Shown in pieces: positions 41,826 to 59,010 of a DNA stretch of 64,000 nt. The notes under the pieces were generated by a model. It searched no databases. It was given only the letters and a program-made list of their open reading frames with translations, and was not told where the DNA came from. The stretch is from Octopus vulgaris (Eukaryota), in contig OX597834.1 in assembly GCA_951406725.2 (NCBI GenBank), positions 31,372,001 through 31,436,000 of the forward strand, in the 5' to 3' direction. Both the position numbers and the translations under genes were made by a program. Numbering within the stretch: position 1 is the stretch's first letter; every line of letters starts with the position of its first letter.

Positions 41826-41880
<55 letters not shown>

Positions 41881-42280
41881 GGTGGTGAATCTTAAACATG
41901 CTTGGCAAAATGCTTTGCATTCTGAGTTCAAATGCCATTGGGGTTGACTTTATCTTTCCTCTTTTCAGGGTCAATAAATTGAGTACCAGTGAAACACTGG
42001 AGTCAGTGTAATCAGACTAGTCCCCTCCCACAAAATTTCAGGCCTTGTGCCTTTATTATTATCATAATTAAGGCAGCAAGCTGGCAGAATCATTAGCAAA
42101 CTGGGCAAAATGCTGAGCGGCATTTCGCCCACCTTAACAGTCTTGAGTTCAAATTCCACCAGGGTCAACTTTGCTTTCCATCCTTTCAAGGTTAATAAAT
42201 TAAGTACCAGAAAATTGACTGGTCCCCTTCCCACAAATTTCAAACCTTGTGTCTTCATTAGAAAAGGTTATTATTACCTT
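41330..42280 (+). mobile_element. Second cluster of SINE-C copies (41330-41500, 41880-42060, 42070-42280) separated by (TTA)n
   Basis: GAGTTCAAAT B box and shared core in each. Confidence 0.8.
41500..41780 (-). pseudogene. R4/Dong-like non-LTR element 3' end in a (TAA)n tract
   Basis: KVAVVPIIIRALGTVSKNL..LQKTALLGTARIL..VLEK*, C-terminus of restriction-like-endonuclease LINEs; short UTR and (TAA)n tail. Confidence 0.8.
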
Positions 42281-42611
42281 ATCAAAGGCAGAGGTTTTTG
42301 TAGATTAGGGGACACAATCAGGAGAGGGCACTTTCCCTTGATTGTTAAGAAACATCATTTATTTAATTATATCTTTTGCTTGTCTTCTGAATTATTATGG
42401 ACTTGTTTTCTTCTTTCCACCCCTTTTAGATTGGTAAAATAAGTATGAGGCCCAACACTCAAATGGAGCTCAGCCACTTTACCTTCATGAGGCCCAATGC
42501 TTAAAAATAACAATATTATTAAATTTACAACAGCTCAGCTAGAAAGGATGTTACCCAGGCAACTAGGGCAAAACCCCTGCATCCGCCACTGGTGGTTAGT
42601 GTATTTAATTG

Positions 42612-43300
42612 AAGGCCCATGGCTTGGTGGTTAGGCTACTTGGCTCACAATCGTAAGGTAATGAGTTCAATTTCCTGCTGCATGTTGTGTCCTTGAGCAA
42701 GACACTTTACTTCACATTGCTCCAGTCCACTCAGCTGGTAAAAATGAGAAGTACCTGTATTTCAAAGGGGCCGGCCTTCTCACACTGTGTATCATGCTGA
42801 ATCTCCCTGAGAACTACATTTCGATCAACATCAATAGAAATTGCAGCTGTGATACCAGTGCCGGTGGTACGTAAGAGAACCATCCGAACGTGGCCGTTGC
42901 CAGCGCCGCCCCGACTGGCCTCGTGCCGGTGGCATGTAAAAAGCACCATCCAATTCTGGCGGTTGCCAGCTTCGCCGGGCTCCCGTGCCGGTGGCATGTA
43001 AAAAGCACCATCCGATCGTGGCCGTTTGCCAGCCTCGTCTGGCACCTGTGCCGGTGGCACGTAAAAAGCACCCACTACACTCACGGAGTGGTTGGTGTTA
43101 GGAAGGGCATCCAGCTGTAGAAACACTGCCAGATCAGACTGGGCCTGGTGCAGCCTTCTGGCTTCCCAGACCCCAGTTGAACCGTCCAACCCATGCTAGC
43201 ATGGAAAGCGGACGCTAAACGATGATGATGATGATGATGATGTCTGTGGAATCCTCAGCGACTTGCACGTTAATTTCATGGTTGGATGAACTGGAACCCT
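42612..43300 (+). mobile_element. SINE-D (tRNA head) interrupted by SINE-B at 42820-43242
   Basis: TGGCTTGGTGG A box, GAGTTCAATTTC B box, GTGTCCTTGAGCAAGACACTTT body; body resumes TGTCTGTGGAATCCTCAGC after the (GAT)n tail. Confidence 0.8.
42820..43242 (+). mobile_element. SINE-B with four VNTR units
   Basis: GTGCCGGTGG at 42859, 42923, 42985, 43048; standard 3' block and (GAT)n. Confidence 0.9.
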
Positions 43301-43494
43301 CTCATCATAACCCATGGAGTGCCAGTGTATTTGCAGACAATCCAGTTGAGATGTTTAATTATCAAAAATAGCATCCATTTCTTTGCAGAGTGTAGAGTGT
43401 AGTTTCAATCTATGAGCACCTGGCCTACGGTGCCAGAATACCTCCACTGCAACACTCTGCTCAACAAGTGATTAACCAAATATACAGTGGAATC

Positions 43495-43730
43495 AGTTGT
43501 TAGTTGTCGGAGCACTGCATCCTTCAAAACTTCCATGCTTTCTGAGATTCGCCAACACTACACCTGATTTTCTCCCCTCCATACACACACAAGCATGTAT
43601 CTGACTCATACATTGTTCACTTTCCAGACATTTGTACATTACTGCATATACTTTATATGCACTTTCTGACAAGTTGTGGTGCACCTGAGCACTGTATACA
43701 ATAATTTCATTATTATTATTATTTATTATG
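43495..43730 (+). mobile_element. LINE 3' end (last codons, UTR, (ATT)n tail), tentative
   Basis: VSCRSTASFKTSML..* resembles the CR1/L2 ORF2 end; GGTGCACC stem then (ATT)n. Confidence 0.5.
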
Positions 43731-44162
43731 AATTTAATTCATTCCTCAAGGCTGTTTGTCACCCAAAATCTTCATAAACCGAAACTACTTTCCCCATAGG
43801 GAGTTCAAGAGAAGGTAAGATGAATCCGAGTAAGGATTTGTGCCGAGCAAAACTTAGACAGCAACTGATGCTCTCCTGCTTATACTCCCATCACTTGTTG
43901 TTTCCAGTTTGCATGTTTGTTACTCAAGACATCGTTCATCACCTGAAACATTTTATGCTTGGAAAGTTGTTCGTAAAACAATTGGTTTATGATGAGAGGC
44001 CTTCGTAAGCCGAGATTCCACTACGTAATCTATTATTTCTTATGTTGTCAGTTCTGAGTTACATTACTTCTATTTCACCATCCATCAAACTGCCGTTTAT
44101 ATATAGAGAGATTTGTTTATGTATTTCTCTGCATTGGACTGTGCCAAATGTATGAAATATAC

Positions 44163-44481
44163 TTAAATCTTTAAATCCTTAAAAATGTTTTAGCCCGAAG
44201 GCCACGGCCATGCTGGGGCACCACCGTTGAATGAGCTACTCTAATACGTGAATCCACCTCTGATACATGGCACTTGGTCAACAAAGGAGTTCGATGCTGC
44301 TGCCCGCATCTGTGTCTCCTGTCGTGAGGTAGGTTCATCTGGGACCCCCGACAAGAAGAGATCCAGTTTAGTTTTAAAGAGACCCACATCCACACCATGC
44401 AAGTCTCTCAGGCATTTAGGGAGGATGTTAAAGAGCTGTGGTCCTCTGAAACCCAAGCTGTTGCAGTATCTGGTCCTGTAT
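44163..44481 (-). pseudogene. CR1-group LINE 3' end whose tail matches the SINE-A tail
   Basis: YRTRYCNSLGFRGPQLFNILPKCLRDL..FKTKLDLFLSGVPDEP..AAASNS*, then GGTGGTGCCCCAGCATGGCCGTGG. Confidence 0.88.
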
Positions 44482-45079
44482 ACTAACTACACAATACATG
44501 CTGCAGCACTGGGATGTTAATTTCCTTACTGAAAGACAACATTTCATTCTGCTGATGCTCTGAGAGTCACATTTGAAACACCACATCCATAGATCTATGC
44601 ACTGCAAATTGTTTTTCTCTGGGTGTCTTTCCATTTGCCATTTTCTGATCAGCCAGATACAAATCAATTCTGTAAATGTTTCCCCCAGCACCGCATAGCA
44701 AGCGAGCTTGCTTGTAGATTAACAGATAGAACAGTGTAAAGAGCTCTTATATCTATATTGTGCAATAGATATGGATTATGGGTATCGGAACCGTGAGATT
44801 TGGATTCAATAACTGGATTAAATATCGAGGATCTATGTATGTAAGGTTTAATTTCACATGCGCACACAGACATACATGCATAGAGACATACATATAATCA
44901 CACACATACATACATACATACATACATACATATGTATATGCACACACACACATATATATGTACATATACATTCACACATAAAAATACACACACACACACA
45001 CACGCTCATACATACCTACATACTACCCACATACATGCATAAAACATATTCACCAGTCATTTCATCATGTTGAACTGTT

Positions 45080-45245
45080 AATCTCCACACATTTTTTTCT
45101 CTCTTGACCCTTTCTGATGAAGAACATAGGCTCGAAACATCAAAACCTTTTCCATTCTTCCTGAGTCAAACTAATACACCTGCTTGTTGTTCCTTCACCT
45201 GTCTTTGTCTTTCGTTTTCTGTAAAATTTGAACTATAAATAAATA
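45080..45245 (+). mobile_element. Second copy of the PLE-type terminal element with hammerhead-like motif (45106-45147)
   Basis: CCCUUU-CUGAUGA-A-GAAC-AUAG-GCUC-GAAAC-AUC-AAAA; flanks align with 6150-6310; ends in a TA-rich repeat. Confidence 0.7.
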
Positions 45246-45301
45246 AATATGTATATATATATATGCACACACACACACATATATATATATATATACACAT
45301 A

Positions 45302-45622
45302 CAGTAGAAACTCGCAGTACGAGTGCCCTGTTGTACAAGTAATTTGCTGTATGAGCCAGGACTCAAGCAAATTTTTGTCTTGAAGTATGAGTGGAAATCT
45401 GCAGTATGAGCATTCTCTTTTTTAAAATTGTCATTTTACTTGTATCTACACCTTTTTGTTTTAAAACCCATAAAAAATTATTTTGGGGTGGTTTTGTGGA
45501 GCTGGGACAATTTAATTATGTTTTAGTTAATTTCAATATGGAAAATTGAGTTAGAAAATGAGTAAATTGTAAGATGAGCTCAGTCATGGAATAAATTAAA
45601 CTCATACTGCGAGGTACCATTG
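45302..45622. mobile_element. Tigger/pogo-type MITE
   Basis: TA|CAGTAGAAACTCGCAGTACGAGT ... ACTCATACTGCGAGGTACCATTG|TA. Confidence 0.82.
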
Positions 45623-45687
45623 TATATGTATATAGATATATCTATATCTATATCTATTCTATATCTATATCTTCCATCTTTCAATTG

Positions 45688-45726
<39 letters not shown>

Positions 45727-45811
45727 CACACATATGCATATATTTAGATATAGATACAGATATGTATGTGAAGGTCCATCTTTCAATTGCTATATATATA
45801 TATATATATAT

Positions 45812-45985
45812 ACGAGAAAGAAGCAACAAGAATGGATTAGTTTTTAGTACAATTGTTTCATACAAAGACAGGCTTTATTAAAAGTTGCAAATATTGCAGC
45901 AGATATTTGCAACTTTTAATAAAGCCTGTCTTTGTATGAAACAATTGTACTAAAAACTAATCCATTCTTGTTGCTTCTTTCTCGT
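45812..45985. repeat. Perfect 83-bp inverted repeat with 8-nt spacer, at the end of a (TA)n-flanked insert (45812-46105)
   Basis: 45812-45894 is the exact reverse complement of 45903-45985; spacer TGCAGCAG. Confidence 0.95.
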
Positions 45986-46100
45986 TTATAATCACCCCAT
46001 ATTACTGTATGGTTAACACCATATAGTTTTCTGGTGCATCTAAGTTAAGTACCGTATTCAAGTGAATTCATTAGAATTGACTTGAATCTTAATTGCTTTT

Positions 46101-46146
<46 letters not shown>

Positions 46147-46611
46147 CACACCTATGTATATATATATAGATATGCATGTGAAGGTTCATAAGGTCAGGGT
46201 TTCAGTTTCTGAACAAAGCAGTGTGTTGCATCCTTGAACAAAACACCCCATTTCACATTGGTCCAGTTCACTCAGCTTTGACAGACTGTCTTACTGTTAT
46301 AAATGCTGGTTCAGGGGTAACATTGTGATCTGAGTCTCTTATATTCCAAGGAAGCTGGGTAACTGGTTTTTTGAGGCCTAGAGCTAAAGACAGTGCTTAA
46401 TCATGCATGTGGATCTAATGAGTTAACCTTCTTTAATTGCATTAATTTATGAAAATTTAATTGTGTAATACTGAACATCCGTACTAATGCAAACATGTGT
46501 GCGTCATTTCTTCCAAATTATAATTAATACTACATGACGAAAGCTATGAAACGGCTGTAATTCTATCTTATGGAAGTCACGTGGTTAAATAAATATATAT
46601 TTACCTCTCAC

Positions 46612-46836
46612 TGGTGAACTGGCAGAATCGTTAGCGCGCCGGGCAGAATGCTTAGCGGTATTTCGTCTGTCGTTACGTTCTGAGTTCAAATTCCACCGAG
46701 GTCGACTTTGCCTTTCATCCTTCCGGGGTCGATAAATAAAAGTACCAGTTTCGCACTGGGGTCGATGTAATCGACTTAATCCCTTTGTCTGTCCTTGTTT
46801 GTCCTCTCTATGTTTAGCCCCTTGTGGGCAATAAAG
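46612..46836 (+). mobile_element. Young SINE-C with 21-bp TSD
   Basis: AAATATATATTTACCTCTCAC at 46591-46611 and 46837-46857; A box TGGCAGAATCG, B box GAGTTCAAATTC; CpGs intact. Confidence 0.93.
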
Positions 46837-47042
46837 AAATATATATTTACCTCTCACACCTCTTGACCTTATAGTGTCTGTCTATTTCTCTATCTGTTTG
46901 TCGCTTTCTCTCTATATATACATATCGTGATGATGATGATGATGATGATGATATCTATATATATATATATGGTGCACCAGCATGGCCACAGCCTTAGGGT
47001 TGAAACATGTAAATGAATAAGAAAATAAAAGAGCATATATAG

Positions 47043-47092
<50 letters not shown>

Positions 47093-47540
47093 ACGTGTGT
47101 GTGTGTGTCTGTAACCTGTTTAGTAGATATATAAACGGGTAATTGAGCTGTTTCTCTATAGATGGTAAGAATTGATAACAACTTAATTGATTTTCAAATC
47201 TTATTGAATTCTCATCAGAGGTGTCTCTATCAATTTGACCAATCCTGTACGTACACACACACACACATACAGAGAGGCACACACACATTTATATTCATAA
47301 CCATTTAAAAGAAAAGAAAATGGGGATAAGGAAATTAATAATTGTTTATTATTAACAAATCGGTCATCTTCCTTACCTTCATTTTCTTTTTCTTCTTTTA
47401 AATGGATATAAACTATGCTTTATTGTTTTAAGGGAATTTCATTCCCCAATAATACTAGATATTGAACCCAGTATTTCCTTAGATGAAACTATCCCTTCAT
47501 CATGAGGTTAACATATTCTCTAATTAAATTTATACATATA

Positions 47541-47955
47541 TAGGTAAAGGAGTGGCTGTGCAGGTAAGAAACTTGCTTCCCAACCACATGGTTTCAGGTT
47601 CAGTCCCACTGTGTGGCACATTGGGCAAGTGTCTTCTACTATAGCCTCGAGCCAACCAATGCCTTGTGAGTGGATTTGGTAGATTGGAACGGAAAGAAGC
47701 CTGTCGTATATATATTTATGTGTGAGTGTGTGTGTGAATATGTTTGTGTGTCTGTGTTTGTCCCCCGAACATCGCTTGACAACCAATGCTGGTGTGTTTG
47801 CATCCCTGTAACTTAACGGTTCGGCAAAAGAGACCAGTAGAATAAGTACTAGGCTTACAAAGAATAAGTCCTGGGGTCAATTTGCTCGACTAAATGTGGT
47901 GCTCCAGCATGGTCACAGTCAAATGACTGAAACAAGTAAAAGAGTAAAAGAGTAA
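47541..47955 (+). mobile_element. SINE-A, full length
   Basis: Aligns to 62619-63035. Confidence 0.92.
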
Positions 47956-48176
47956 ACGAGAGTATATGTAAATATATATGTGATATAACACATTATAGAC
48001 ACACATATACTCACACATCACGTGTATATATATATATATATATATGTAAGTATGTATGTATAAATCGTTCAATGTGTCATTCATTTTTCATAGATGGAAC
48101 ATTAAAATGGAAAGTGTCATAGATATTCCTGCTGCCACCTTCAAAATATTATTGACATCACTGAGATGAAAAATGG

Positions 48177-48217
<41 letters not shown>

Positions 48218-48242
48218 TTGCAACATACACACACATATATGC

Positions 48243-48280
<38 letters not shown>

Positions 48281-48319
48281 ATATATATGTCTGTGTGTGT
48301 GTGTGTGTATATATATGTC

Positions 48320-48358
<39 letters not shown>

Positions 48359-48462
48359 GTATGTATGCATATGTATGTATATCTATATCTATCTATCTAT
48401 CTATCTGCATGTGTATGTATATATATATATAGAGAGAGAGATAGATAGATAGATACATTGTA

Positions 48463-49290
48463 CTGTGAATATATTGTCTAAATTATGCAAAAAATGAAAA
48501 TAACGTTGACATCTTATTTTAAGAGATATATTTACAAAATGACATTAAAATATATTGAAATACTAAAGAGTAAATTTATTGAACTGCAGCCTCCAGGTGA
48601 CTTCAGAATCTACTGCAATTCTTCTGGACCATCTTGTTTAACCCTTTAGTGTCCGCATTATTCTGCCAAAACTAATGCTTTTTTATCCACATTGTTTTGA
48701 ACTAATCATGCATTATCTTGTAGCTATGAGATTTTGATGAGGTAACTGTTAAATTTTAAAACGATATTGTAGGGTTGGTGTGAGAGACCAGATCTGGCCA
48801 GTTTGAACATAAAACAGGCAGAATACTTTTGGCAGGAAATGGCTGGTTTAAATGCTAAAGGGTTAAGTTGATGAATGCTGCCATAATCCTTGCCTTCAGT
48901 TCATCTTTGCTGTTACAAGGGAGTTTTGTTGGTCCCTCGTTCAACTGCACAGTACACATAATAATCAAGGAGGTTGGTGTGTGGGGAGTTAGGTGGCCAG
49001 ATATTAGGGGCGATGTGGTCACAGAAATTGTCTGACAGCCATGACTGGGTTCTCCCGCTTGTGTGGCATGGTGCAGAGTCCTGTTGCCAGACATAGGGTC
49101 TTCGAGCAGCACTACCTCCTCCAGGCACTCGATGTAGGCCTCTGTGTTGAGTCTGAGGCCATGTGGGAATGGGAAGATGAATAGAGGCATAATGTCACCA
49201 TCACTAGTGAACACTCCAAACACCATGATGTTGACTGGATGTTTGATTTTTATCACTCTCAGTACATGTTTTGGGGACATGGCAAGCCAA
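48463..49290 (-). pseudogene. DD37D (maT-like) transposase 3' relic with a nested piggyBac MITE
   Basis: IMVFGVFTSDG..YVWQQDSAPCHTSGRTQSWL..IWPPNSPHTNLLDY (37 spacing); the frame continues across the TTAA insertion site. Confidence 0.88.
48642..48862. mobile_element. piggyBac-type MITE, copy 2
   Basis: TTAA|CCCTTTAG...CTAAAGGG|TTAA. Confidence 0.9.
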
Positions 49291-49321
49291 CAATATCTGT
49301 ACATTCTTGCAAATGTGTATC

Positions 49322-49713
49322 TCTTTCTCTTTTACTTGTTTCAGTCATTTGACTGCGGCCATGCTGGAGCACCGCCTTTAGTCGAACAAATCGATCCCGG
49401 GACTTATTCTTTGTAAGCCCAGTACTTATTCTATCGGTCTCTTTTGCCGAACTGCTAGGTGACGGGGACGTAAACACACCAGCATCGGTTGTCAAGCAAT
49501 GCTAGGGGGACAAACATATACACACACATTCATATATATATATATATATATGACAGGCTTCTTTCAGTTTCCATCTACCAAATCCACTTACAAGGCATTG
49601 GTCGGCCCGAGGCTATAGCAGAAGACACTTGCCCAAGATGCCACGCTGTGGGACTGAACCTGAAACCATGAGGTTGGTAAGCAAGCTACTTACCACGCAG
49701 CCAGTCCTGCGCC
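49322..49713 (-). mobile_element. SINE-A, full length; older plus-strand copies at 49835-50225, 53385-53825, 54160-54510
   Basis: Alignment by eye to other copies. Confidence 0.9.
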
Positions 49714-50229
49714 TATGTATGTATGTATGTGTTTGTAATTTAGAGTTTACACATGTACATATGTATGTGTCTGTCTTCGTATGAGAATAGCTCTATAGAC
49801 ATGTATGTGTGAGGGTCCAACAGTATTTTTATAGGTGTGAGAATGGCTTTGTGGTTAGAGGTTTGCTTCCCAATCACATCGTTCCAAGTTCAGTCCCACT
49901 GCTTGGCACCTTGGTCAAGAATCTTCTGCTACAGCCCCAGCCTGACCAAAGCCTTTTGAGTGCATTTGGCAGGCTGAAAGAAGCCCATCATGTGCGTACG
50001 TGCATGCGTGTGTGTGTGTGTGTGAGTGTTTGTCCCTGACCACCACTTGAAAACTGGTGTTGGTGTGTTTACGTCCCCATAAGTTCAGCAAAAGAGACTG
50101 ATGTTATAACTACCTGGCTTTAAAAAAATATATATTTACTAGGGTTGATGTGTTGAGCTAAAATCCTTCAAGGTGATGCTGTAGCATGGCCATAGTCTAA
50201 TGACTGAAACAAATAAAATAAAAAATAAA

Positions 50230-55930
<5,701 letters not shown>

Positions 55931-56569
55931 TTGTTTCATTCTTTTAAACTCTGCTTGGTATGTCATGCTGTTACGGTTTGCTAGATCTACAATTCCATAT
56001 CCATCCACATTTCCCCCTCAGTGTTGTGAATGAACTGCTTCATTTCAGCTTCTCCCTTCCCACCACACTCGCTGTACCATCTTTCCACAACTAAATTGTG
56101 ATATTCAATTTTCAGTTAGCTTACATTTAATCTGCCTTGCCTCACTTCACTCTCATAGACTGTAACATACTGGCATCCAATCCAGGAGAAGATTTATCTC
56201 GCATCACAGAGTCTTTGTGGTGATACACTATATTCTGCATTGCCTCAGTACTCCTGGACAGTCAACAGGTCTCTAGAATCTGGATGTGGTCTACCCTTGG
56301 GCAGGTCCTATGCATTTGAACCTTCTTCTGTACTCTCTATACAATCTAGAAGGGTCCATACCCTCCCTTGCTGTTGTTGGGTAGGTTACTGGAATGTAAT
56401 CTACCATGCCTAAACTTGGAATAAATACTGGAATAAATACTGGAGTGGTTCTTTATTGCTTGCTCCAGGCAGGTGCAATTTCAACTAAGAATGTATAGAA
56501 CCAGGAAATATACCATAAAGCATCTTTGCTGACATACCAAAGATTCTGCCACTTTCCCACCTGAAGAAC

Positions 56570-57017
56570 AACATAAAATGAAATGTTTTGCTCAAGAACA
56601 CAATGTGCTGCCCAGTCCTAGAATTGAACTCATGATCTAGTGATTATGAGTGGAACAACCTAACACTTAGGCCACACACCTTCACTGTCAACAGGTAAAA
56701 AGAGTAAAGAGTAAAGACTCCCTTCGGTCATGAATGACCATGGGATTGCACCTAGAAAGGCAAAAGCCTTGCTTGTTTGTGGAAGGGCAGCAGTCTCCCC
56801 TCTCCACGCCACCGATGTCATCCAAAGGAAAGGCAAAGGGGCCGATACAGCCTGGCACCAGTGATGTTGCAACTCATTTCTACAGCTGAGTGAACTGGAG
56901 CAATGTGAAATAAAGTGTCTTGCTCAAGAACACAACACATAGCCCAGTCCAGGAATGGAACTAACTACCTCATGATTGTGAGCCCAACGCTCTAATCACT
57001 GTACCATGTGCCTTCAC
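56570..57017 (-). mobile_element. Two tandem SINE-D-related tRNA SINE copies
   Basis: TGCTCAAGAACACAA and tRNA-like heads ending CCTTCAC at ~56685 and ~57017. Confidence 0.75.
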
Positions 57018-57044
57018 TATCAACAGATACCACCAAATAAACAG

Positions 57045-57487
57045 AGGAATGTTACCTGTGATTAACTAATGTCCTACCCAAGGGGAGTTTCATCTCTCAT
57101 TATAGTGTCTCTGAGGTGGTACATTATGTTCTACAATACCTCAGTACATCCAAGCTCTCAATAAGCATCATCTATCATCTGAGAATATTACCTGCGATTA
57201 ACTGGTATCCTATCCAGGAAGACATTTATCTCTCATCATAGCGTTACGGTGGTGGGACCATGTATTGTATTCCACATTATCTCAGTACATCCTAACTGTA
57301 AATTGGTGCCATCAGATCATCTGAGAATACTTATATGTAATTGACTGATGTCCTATCCAGGAGGAGAAGTAACTCTCATCACATTGTCATTGCAATGGTA
57401 CCTTTATATTCTGCATTATCTCAATTCTCCCTGACTATCAGTAAGGTACCAGCAAATCTTCCTGAAATGTTACCTGTGATAGACTGT
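57045..57487. repeat. Degenerate ~140-bp tandem repeat (3+ units; related unit at 56160-56260)
   Basis: GAAT.TTACCTG.GATTAACT..T.TCCTA.CCA.G..ATCTCTCAT..CTCAGTACATCC at ~57047, ~57183, ~57325, ~57464. Confidence 0.75.
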
Positions 57488-57655
57488 CATCATCATCATC
57501 ATCATCGTTTAGCGTCTGCTTTCCATGCTGGCATGGGTTGGACGGTTCAACTGGGGTCTGGGAAGGCAGAAGGCTGCACCAGGCCCTGTCTGATCTGGCA
57601 ATGTTTCTACGGCTGGATGCCCTTCCTAACGCCAACCACTCCATGAGTGTAGTGC
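57488..57655 (-). mobile_element. SINE-B 3' part (no VNTR); a diverged plus-strand copy lies at 63225-63425
   Basis: (CAT)n, GCATGGGTTGGACGGTTC, GGATGCCCTTCCTAACGCCAACC. Confidence 0.85.
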
Positions 57656-58139
57656 ATTCTCTTAAGGAGAATTTTGATGATAATAATGATGATGATAATA
57701 ACAAGGATGATGATGATTATGATAATGATAATGATGATGATGAATGATGAAGATGACAGCGATGACAAAACAAAAATACAAACACATTTCTGTTGGTTTA
57801 ACCAATTGTTTTATCCGAATCAGTCCTGTTTGCCTTTTAAATCTTGGTCAGTCTGACACAAACATATTTTAACCTTCAGGTTTTAATAACCTGCCATCTT
57901 AAGTCTTCTCCTGATGTCTTCTTTACTGGTCCCTCTATCAGTCTATCTATTTATCTGTCACGGACGTGGACTAAACTGAACTGAAAGTATCTTATGTTGC
58001 TTCTTGTTTCATTTTTTTTGTCTGTTTTACTATTAGTTTTTGTTTTTTTTTTGCAAATTTTCTTTGAGGCTGTCTGAATAACTTGTGTTGCCGTACATGG
58101 TCTTAAGGTCTTAACCAGTCAACCTGTAGATATTTATAC

Positions 58140-58400
58140 AATGTGTGTTCATGTAGTGTATGTGTGTGTGTGTGTGTGTGTGTGAGTGTATAATATATAT
58201 GTATAAGTGGGTATGTATGCATGCAGATTTGTATGTAGGTGTATATGTAGTATATTGATACATACATTCTCATATCTTACATACTCGTAAACCAAACACA
58301 ATCTTTTCAAAGACGCACGCACCCCTATATACACATTTACATGCAGTCATTGCACACATACACACACACAGAGTCATTACACTTGTATTAACATATATAC

Positions 58401-58440
<40 letters not shown>

Positions 58441-58751
58441 GTATGTGTAATGAGTGGTATATATATGCATACACACATACATATATATGTATGTATGTGC
58501 ATATGTATATATATGCACACACAAACATACATACATACATACATGCATACATACATACATACATACTTACATACATACATACATATATATACACACACAC
58601 ACATACACTAATGATTCTACACTCATATCTTCTCTTTCCATCCATGAATTGTCTCAAACACACATTATCCGTCACCTTCCATTTTTTTCTTTCGTTGTCT
58701 CTTTCTTCTTAAACTTCACCCTCTCTTCCTCTCTCCCTGTTCTGTCTCTCC

Positions 58752-58787
<36 letters not shown>

Positions 58788-58971
58788 CTTATTCTCAATA
58801 TTTTTCTATCTCTCCATACATCTGCCTATCTCTTTCTCACTCCCACCTTTTTCCACGTTTCTCTCTTTCTCTTTGACCTTCTTATTCTCTATCTTCCTCC
58901 CTCTGTCTCTCTCCACATATCTCTCTCCCACGCTCTATTCTCCATCCTACTACTTCTCTTTCTTTCTCCAC

Positions 58972-59010
<39 letters not shown>

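Noticed and set aside
42440-42592. hAT-like end ..CATCCGCCACTG
   Set aside because: No matching left TIR or 8-bp TSD found, so no element could be delimited
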